From: Balneola sp.
GTDB lineage: Bacteria > Bacteroidota > Rhodothermia > Balneolales > Balneolaceae
NCBI GenBank assembly: GCA_965222085.1
Contig: OZ244952.1
Location: forward strand, 895,079 to 959,078
Direction of reading: 5' to 3'
DNA length: 64,000 nt
Shown here: positions 58,901 to 64,000 of the stretch, piece by piece
Layout of the letters: each line of letters begins with the position of its first letter
Position numbering within the stretch: position 1 is the stretch's first letter
The notes under the pieces: generated by a model
Told to the model about the DNA's origin: nothing
Databases searched by the model: none
The model's input: only the letters and a program-made list of their open reading frames with translations
Translations under genes and position numbers: made by a program

Positions 58901-61900
58901 TCATCTCCTTTCATACTCACCAATCTCTTTTTGAAGATCGTATACATTCAGAGAAAACATTTTGTCCAAAAAATCGAGACACTTGGATTTCTTATTATCA
59001 TCAGTTGTTCTAGAATAGGCTCTTAATATCAATTTACTCAATTCTGATTCTGCTAATGAATACCTTGAAGCATTATTTGAAACTTTCTCATCTTCAATTT
59101 TTTCAAAAAACTTGGTTGCCATATAGATTGTTTCATCAATCAAATCAATAGAACAATCCTTTAACTTATATATCAAATCATCATGTTTCTCTGGATATGA
59201 GATACTGTCACAATAATCATAGATCAGATTTCTATTCTCATCCAATGTTCTATCGTCAAGCTCTCTGAAACAATATGATGCTTGACTTCTGACCTCATCT
59301 TCAATGTCATTAAATAGAAGTGAAAGTTGTTCGGCACATTCTTTTTGAAATTCCCCAAATTGTAGATTCTTTGAATATATCTGTGCTGCAGCAACTCTTT
59401 GATTTTTGCTTCCATTAATACATTTCAATGCTAATTCATGAGCATTGGAGTTTGATAAAGCTGACAAGCAAATTTGTCTAGCTCCCATAAGCTGTGTTCG
59501 ATCAAAAACTGAATCGATCATTAATTCCAAAATTTGCTCAACTTCATTGTAGTGAGTCCTGTAAATAACATAAATAAACCGTTCTACCTCTGAAACAGTA
59601 AGTAAAATCTTATCTGACTCAATTATCTTCAAAAACAAATCTACTGCTAAGTCACGATTAAAGTTGGTCATAATTCTTAGTACGGTTATTACACAACTCT
59701 TAACAGATGGAGATGGATCTGAAATCAATTCTTCTATTGTTGGTTTTAAATACTCAAATCGCTTATTATCAGCATAAATTAAATGAGCCAAAGCTTCGGT
59801 TGCCGTTCCTCTCACTGAGTTTATTCCAATTGTATGAAGCTCATCGTATTCTTTTTCTACACCAGAACTTAAAACTTCTGTTTTTGCATCTCTCTCAGTA
59901 GTTGGATCGTTGCTATTTAATGCATACCAAGAAACAATGTCTAAAACTTCACCCGAAAATTCCTTTTTAGAATGTTTAAGTACTACGTATGCAATTTCTT
60001 TCCCAAACAATTTATCAGGATGATTATGACAATAATTTAGAATGCTTTCAATCTGTTTAATACTAATAAGATGTTCGGTATCTCCAATACCTCTTAAAAT
60101 ACTTTCTAAGTAAGCTTCATTTGAAGAATATGAAATGTGTAATCCTAACTTAGCAAATCGAACTGGGTCCTTAGTAACTTGTTTCTGTAGTATGTGTGAC
60201 AATTCTCTTGCTCCACCGCTCTCCCTAAATCTATTAGTTTCCCTTCTCTCCAGATCATATTTTTTAATCGCATTCAACCAATTCTCATCAGACATTTGTT
60301 CAGCTTGATTTGCTCTAACTGGAGACTCTACGGCAGAGACTAAGGGTTCGTTTACTTTATGAGAAGGTATCGGTTTTTTTGTTTTGAATTTCCTTTCAAA
60401 TTCTTGGATTTTTTTCTTGGTAATTGAGGAAATTCGTGAGCTATCTAAAGAAGAAAGTAGCCTGAATTGCTCAATTCCAAAACGAGATAATATTGATCTA
60501 TCTAAAGATGGTTGATAATAATTTTTATCAAAATAAATTGCTGGATAATAAGATTGTAATAAGCTTTCGATCTTAAGGAAATGTTTATTAGAACAATGTC
60601 CTGCGACTACTTTCAAAAGATCTGCTGCAATACAGCTTCTACCCCTACTATCCGAAAGATTGAGTAAACTAGGGTTTTCAATAAGATAGGAAATTGCTTC
60701 ATCTGACTTTGCTTTACCAGAATATTGAAACGCTTTTAAAAGCAATGCATTAACATTTGCATATTTGGTGCCTTTTAGCCTAGATATTAATTCATCAGCT
60801 TTGGATGGATCCTTTTCAAGAATGAGTCTAAGAGACTCCTCTAGTCCATTTAAAATTTTACTGGGATAATCAGAAAATGAATTGTACCGATACCATACCT
60901 TATCTCGAATCTGATTTTCATCATAGATACTTACATTTTCCTTGTCTTCCGTATTATTCTCTATACATCTTAAAAAGAAGGGGTAAATATTTTCAAAGTA
61001 TACCTCTGGAGCTTCTTCGGTAATTGTTTTAAAGAATTCTGTATCTCCCCTAGCTCTATATTTATCAATTAATGATATGAAAGGTGAATTCTCTCCAATT
61101 TTAATACTCTCATCTAATACAAAATTCAAATACGCACCGAGAGCTTGACATGCCCATGCCGGGTTTTTCTTTGGTAACCCATAAGTTAGATCATGAAACT
61201 TTAACCTTTCATTTTCTAAGTTAAAAATTTCTGTATCAGTAACAAGTTCGATAAAAAGATTCAAAAATTTAGCTGAATCATTTGTATCCCAATTCCTGCC
61301 AATTAAATTCAGAATTCTTTTTTTCGTTTCGATTCGATGTAAGTCTAGTCCAGATAGAATATCCACTACACGATCTGGCTCAAGTTCCTTATAACTGTAT
61401 AACAAATAGAATACTTCATCAACAAGTGATGTATTTGGTGAATTCAGCCAATTGGTTAAATGTCCTGATTTATCCGAAAATCTGATCCACTTGGGGCTAC
61501 CTTTTATTAGATGCCAAATATTTGCACTTTCAATTTCATTACCTGTTTTAGGTATCAGGCACTCACTAATAATATCCCATTCTTCCTTAGTTGGAAGATC
61601 TATTTCTCTCAAAAAAGCGTAGATGATATGCTGGAGATGGGTTCTGATTTTTTGACTTGAAAGGAAGATCTTTAACTCCGTTAAATATCTTTTAAAGTCG
61701 CTTTCTCTAAGGTTTATGAATAACTGTCTTACCTGAACTCTTCTAAATAAATGTTGTTCACTTGAAAGTATCAACTGTGTAATACTTTTTTGACCGTCTG
61801 AAAGAAATTTTCGCGAAAAAGCATAATCGAAAAAGGTTTCGTGAAAGAAAGCATATCTATCATTTTCTATCATAAGAACATGCTCACTTACCAGAACATC

Positions 61901-63484
61901 TTGCTCTGAATCATATGCATCTAATATATATTTAGGGGCATTTAATGTCTGGTTTTCACTCATATAATCAACTATTCTGTAGATTATACTAGACCACCTG
62001 ATATTTTTATTAGTTCGATTGTTAACATCCTGTTGTTTAGATATCCAGTACTTCTCCAATAAATCTTGGGTAGTTCGAAAATCGAACTTACCAACCTTTT
62101 CATCATAGATTTCAAAAAATAATTTTAAGTTGATAGGGAGAGATAGTAGGGATAATTCTAATTCTGAAAATGTATTCGCTGGAATTCCATGTTCAAATAA
62201 AAACTCTGTTAATTTATTTGTATCAATCCTATTTAATTTTAGAGTTTTTAAATACTTTTTCTCTGAAAGCTGCTTTAATCTCCTATCATTCTCTACATCA
62301 AAATTTCTACATGCCAAGAGTATTTTAATTTCAGATTTAAATCTATAAATGCAGTTATCAATTAACTCATAAATACAATCGAATAACTGAGGCAGCCTAC
62401 CAGATGCTAAGCTTACCGCATCAAGCTGATCTATAATCAATACTCCTTTTTTACCTACAGAAATGCCATCTAAAGCCACTTCAGGAGAATATTTAATACC
62501 TAGCCGTTCTCCTATTTTTTGAGGAGTGATATCCCCTGAGTCAAGATTATCCACTCTAAATACCAAACTCGGGATTCTTTGCTCGTTAATCTTATCTATT
62601 ACCTCATATAATACACCGGATTTCCCACTTCCAGCTTCTCCTGTAATAAGTACTCCTTTTAGATTCTGGTCATTTAATGCATCAATTATTTCATCGCTTT
62701 CATTTCTCTTAATGAACTTATCTGGTATTAATCTGTATTCGATATTCCTTACATATCTTTCATTGTTCTCATTTATACGACTAATTAAGGATGTATTTTT
62801 AGCAAGGTTAAGCCGTTCAAAGCCTTTCTCCTCAAGATAATTCCATAATTCAAATGCTGTAATATTACGATTCAAATTTTCCTTTATAAACCACACTAAT
62901 TCACTTCTAACCTTCTCCGGCTCACCATCGATTAACTTCGCAATTAAAAAAAGAATCTGTTTATTCAAATCAGATTCAACTCTAGGTAATACTTCTATAC
63001 AGCTTAAAAAAGCAAATACTTTTTCCTGATTTTCATTTAATGAAAGCATAAAAAGTAAATCATTATATGCTGAGCTTAATGGTTTACTAGTTAGAAAATC
63101 CTCTTTAAAACTCTCGACATTTTCAGATGACCTTGCTCTTTCAGATAATTCTCTTAAATCAGGAACATCCTGAATTGAAACAAAGATGCATTTACAAGTT
63201 TGATCCTGATTAAATTTATTGAAGAAGTGGCTAATTACTGACTTTGACCCAAGAGAGCTGATTGTCCATTTGTCAGATTTTGTCTGTTGACGCTTAGATT
63301 GGTAGTACTCTTTATACCCATTTTTAAATAAAATAAGCTCTACTCCTACTCCCTCTGGACCAGGTGGTTCGATTTGAATTGCCTCGGCTTTCTCATCAAG
63401 TAGCTCTATTAGACAGAGAATAGTCCAAAGATCTTCGTATCTATCCCCAAGCTTCGCACTTGTTCCTCCTGATAATGGCATCAA
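58901..63484 (-). CDS. Large STAND-type P-loop NTPase with an N-terminal PD-(D/E)xK-like domain and a helical-repeat C-terminus (Avs/NLR-like defence candidate)
   Basis: 1527-aa ORF. Walker A is ITGEAGSGKS (aa 282-289, nt 62618-62641) and Walker B is VLIIDQLD (aa 348-355, nt 62420-62443). The N-terminus carries GGTSAKLGDRYEDLW...VGVELILFKNGYKEYYQSKRQ. The sequence after aa ~400 is long, Leu/Ile/Glu/Lys-rich and has no catalytic motif. Confidence 0.7.
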   Translation of the reverse strand: MMPLSGGTSAKLGDRYEDLWTILCLIELLDEKAEAIQIEPPGPEGVGVELILFKNGYKEYYQSKRQQTKSDKWTISSLGSKSVISHFFNKFNQDQTCKCIFVSIQDVPDLRELSERARSSENVESFKEDFLTSKPLSSAYNDLLFMLSLNENQEKVFAFLSCIEVLPRVESDLNKQILFLIAKLIDGEPEKVRSELVWFIKENLNRNITAFELWNYLEEKGFERLNLAKNTSLISRINENNERYVRNIEYRLIPDKFIKRNESDEIIDALNDQNLKGVLITGEAGSGKSGVLYEVIDKINEQRIPSLVFRVDNLDSGDITPQKIGERLGIKYSPEVALDGISVGKKGVLIIDQLDAVSLASGRLPQLFDCIYELIDNCIYRFKSEIKILLACRNFDVENDRRLKQLSEKKYLKTLKLNRIDTNKLTEFLFEHGIPANTFSELELSLLSLPINLKLFFEIYDEKVGKFDFRTTQDLLEKYWISKQQDVNNRTNKNIRWSSIIYRIVDYMSENQTLNAPKYILDAYDSEQDVLVSEHVLMIENDRYAFFHETFFDYAFSRKFLSDGQKSITQLILSSEQHLFRRVQVRQLFINLRESDFKRYLTELKIFLSSQKIRTHLQHIIYAFLREIDLPTKEEWDIISECLIPKTGNEIESANIWHLIKGSPKWIRFSDKSGHLTNWLNSPNTSLVDEVFYLLYSYKELEPDRVVDILSGLDLHRIETKKRILNLIGRNWDTNDSAKFLNLFIELVTDTEIFNLENERLKFHDLTYGLPKKNPAWACQALGAYLNFVLDESIKIGENSPFISLIDKYRARGDTEFFKTITEEAPEVYFENIYPFFLRCIENNTEDKENVSIYDENQIRDKVWYRYNSFSDYPSKILNGLEESLRLILEKDPSKADELISRLKGTKYANVNALLLKAFQYSGKAKSDEAISYLIENPSLLNLSDSRGRSCIAADLLKVVAGHCSNKHFLKIESLLQSYYPAIYFDKNYYQPSLDRSILSRFGIEQFRLLSSLDSSRISSITKKKIQEFERKFKTKKPIPSHKVNEPLVSAVESPVRANQAEQMSDENWLNAIKKYDLERRETNRFRESGGARELSHILQKQVTKDPVRFAKLGLHISYSSNEAYLESILRGIGDTEHLISIKQIESILNYCHNHPDKLFGKEIAYVVLKHSKKEFSGEVLDIVSWYALNSNDPTTERDAKTEVLSSGVEKEYDELHTIGINSVRGTATEALAHLIYADNKRFEYLKPTIEELISDPSPSVKSCVITVLRIMTNFNRDLAVDLFLKIIESDKILLTVSEVERFIYVIYRTHYNEVEQILELMIDSVFDRTQLMGARQICLSALSNSNAHELALKCINGSKNQRVAAAQIYSKNLQFGEFQKECAEQLSLLFNDIEDEVRSQASYCFRELDDRTLDENRNLIYDYCDSISYPEKHDDLIYKLKDCSIDLIDETIYMATKFFEKIEDEKVSNNASRYSLAESELSKLILRAYSRTTDDNKKSKCLDFLDKMFSLNVYDLQKEIGEYERR

Positions 63485-63611
63485 TATTCTTTTTATGACT
63501 ACAGTTCCTTTTACCTAAAAGAAACATCAACAATTTTTACATTAAACAAATATTATTAGTAATACTAACATTTCATTGCATTTTAGTAACTATTTAATCC
63601 CTATTAAATAA

Positions 63612-64000
63612 TCAAGCCTCTAGCTCCCACATTGCTCTTCCATTGTTATCAGTTTTATCTTTTCTCATGATAAAACTATTATCATTCATACCTTTTTCTG
63701 TTATCATTGCTACCTTTTGATCGTAGGTATACAGCTTTACTTTCTCACGGTTTAAATCATTTCGTATTGTTCTTGGATAGTTGAAGAACGATAACGGGTT
63801 TTCTCTTAGATATGGTTTTTCATTTTTATAATACTCTGCTCTGGACCTATTAGACATAGCTTTCATTAACTGATCTACAGAAAACTCTTCCATAGCAGTT
63901 TTAATAATATTTTCTAAGTTAGGATCATTACTATTTAAACTATCTCCAAATAGTTTATTCCAATAGCTACAAATTTTAATATAATTTTCATCAGAAATAG
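63612..64000 (-). CDS. Phage-type protein with a 'conserved phage C-terminus'-like domain; 5' end is outside the window
   Basis: The frame stays open upstream of the listed ATG to the window edge (ISDENYIKICSYWNKLFGDSLNSNDPNLENIIKTAMEEFSVDQLMKAMSNRS...KPYLRENPLSFFNYP). The pattern resembles the Phg_2220_C/DnaD-like family (Y.N...G..., YLRP.TLF). Confidence 0.45.
   Translation of the reverse strand, partial: ISDENYIKICSYWNKLFGDSLNSNDPNLENIIKTAMEEFSVDQLMKAMSNRSRAEYYKNEKPYLRENPLSFFNYPRTIRNDLNREKVKLYTYDQKVAMITEKGMNDNSFIMRKDKTDNNGRAMWELEA

Larger units (their letters stand above)
40019..64000. mobile_element. Candidate genomic island (right end not in window)
   Basis: Starts at the tRNA 3' fragment. 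Contents are a RAYT remnant with REPs, an RHS toxin, a STAND-NTPase defence-like gene and a phage-type gene. All genes are on one strand. No integrase was seen in the window. Confidence 0.45.

Overview
The sequence is AT-rich and looks like an FCB-group (Bacteroidota/Balneolota-like) chromosome. The taxon call is an inference from a T9SS C-terminal sorting domain, DUF559 genes with repeat-derived tails, and weak Shine-Dalgarno signals. Positions 1-38,100 are mostly ordinary core genes: mutS, mpg, glmS plus a GlmU-like gene, pdxJ-era, an IDH3-like dehydrogenase, a tricorn-like S41 protease, and a SAM-I riboswitch controlling metY-metX-hom. This part also holds a PAS/GAF two-component cluster and a DUF4956-HlyD-OMP-SDR operon. 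It is punctuated by a palindromic repeat family around a DUF559 endonuclease gene next to mutS. Positions 38,100-40,020 hold two orphan secreted or lipoprotein genes bracketed by a second repeat family of REP-like double hairpins. This stretch ends at a 3' fragment of a tRNA (CAU anticodon) followed by its terminator, which looks like an att-type island junction. Positions 40,020-64,000 look accessory, with all genes on the minus strand. They carry a complete type IV pilus/T2SS-like gene set (ATPase, secretin, PilMNOP-like proteins, pilin, prepilin peptidase, minor pilins, platform protein). That gene set is split by an inserted module: a 941-aa secreted protein, a 1473-aa RHS/YD-repeat polymorphic toxin, a small immunity candidate, and a degraded REP-associated tyrosine transposase flanked by inverted REPs. 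Next comes a single 1527-aa ORF combining an N-terminal PD-(D/E)xK-like domain, a STAND-type P-loop NTPase and a helical-repeat C-terminus of more than 1100 aa. This Avs/NLR-like antiviral architecture is my best candidate for an undescribed system. The window ends in a partial phage-type gene. No CRISPR array, rRNA or intact tRNA was seen. All homology statements come from motif recognition by eye and were not checked against any database.
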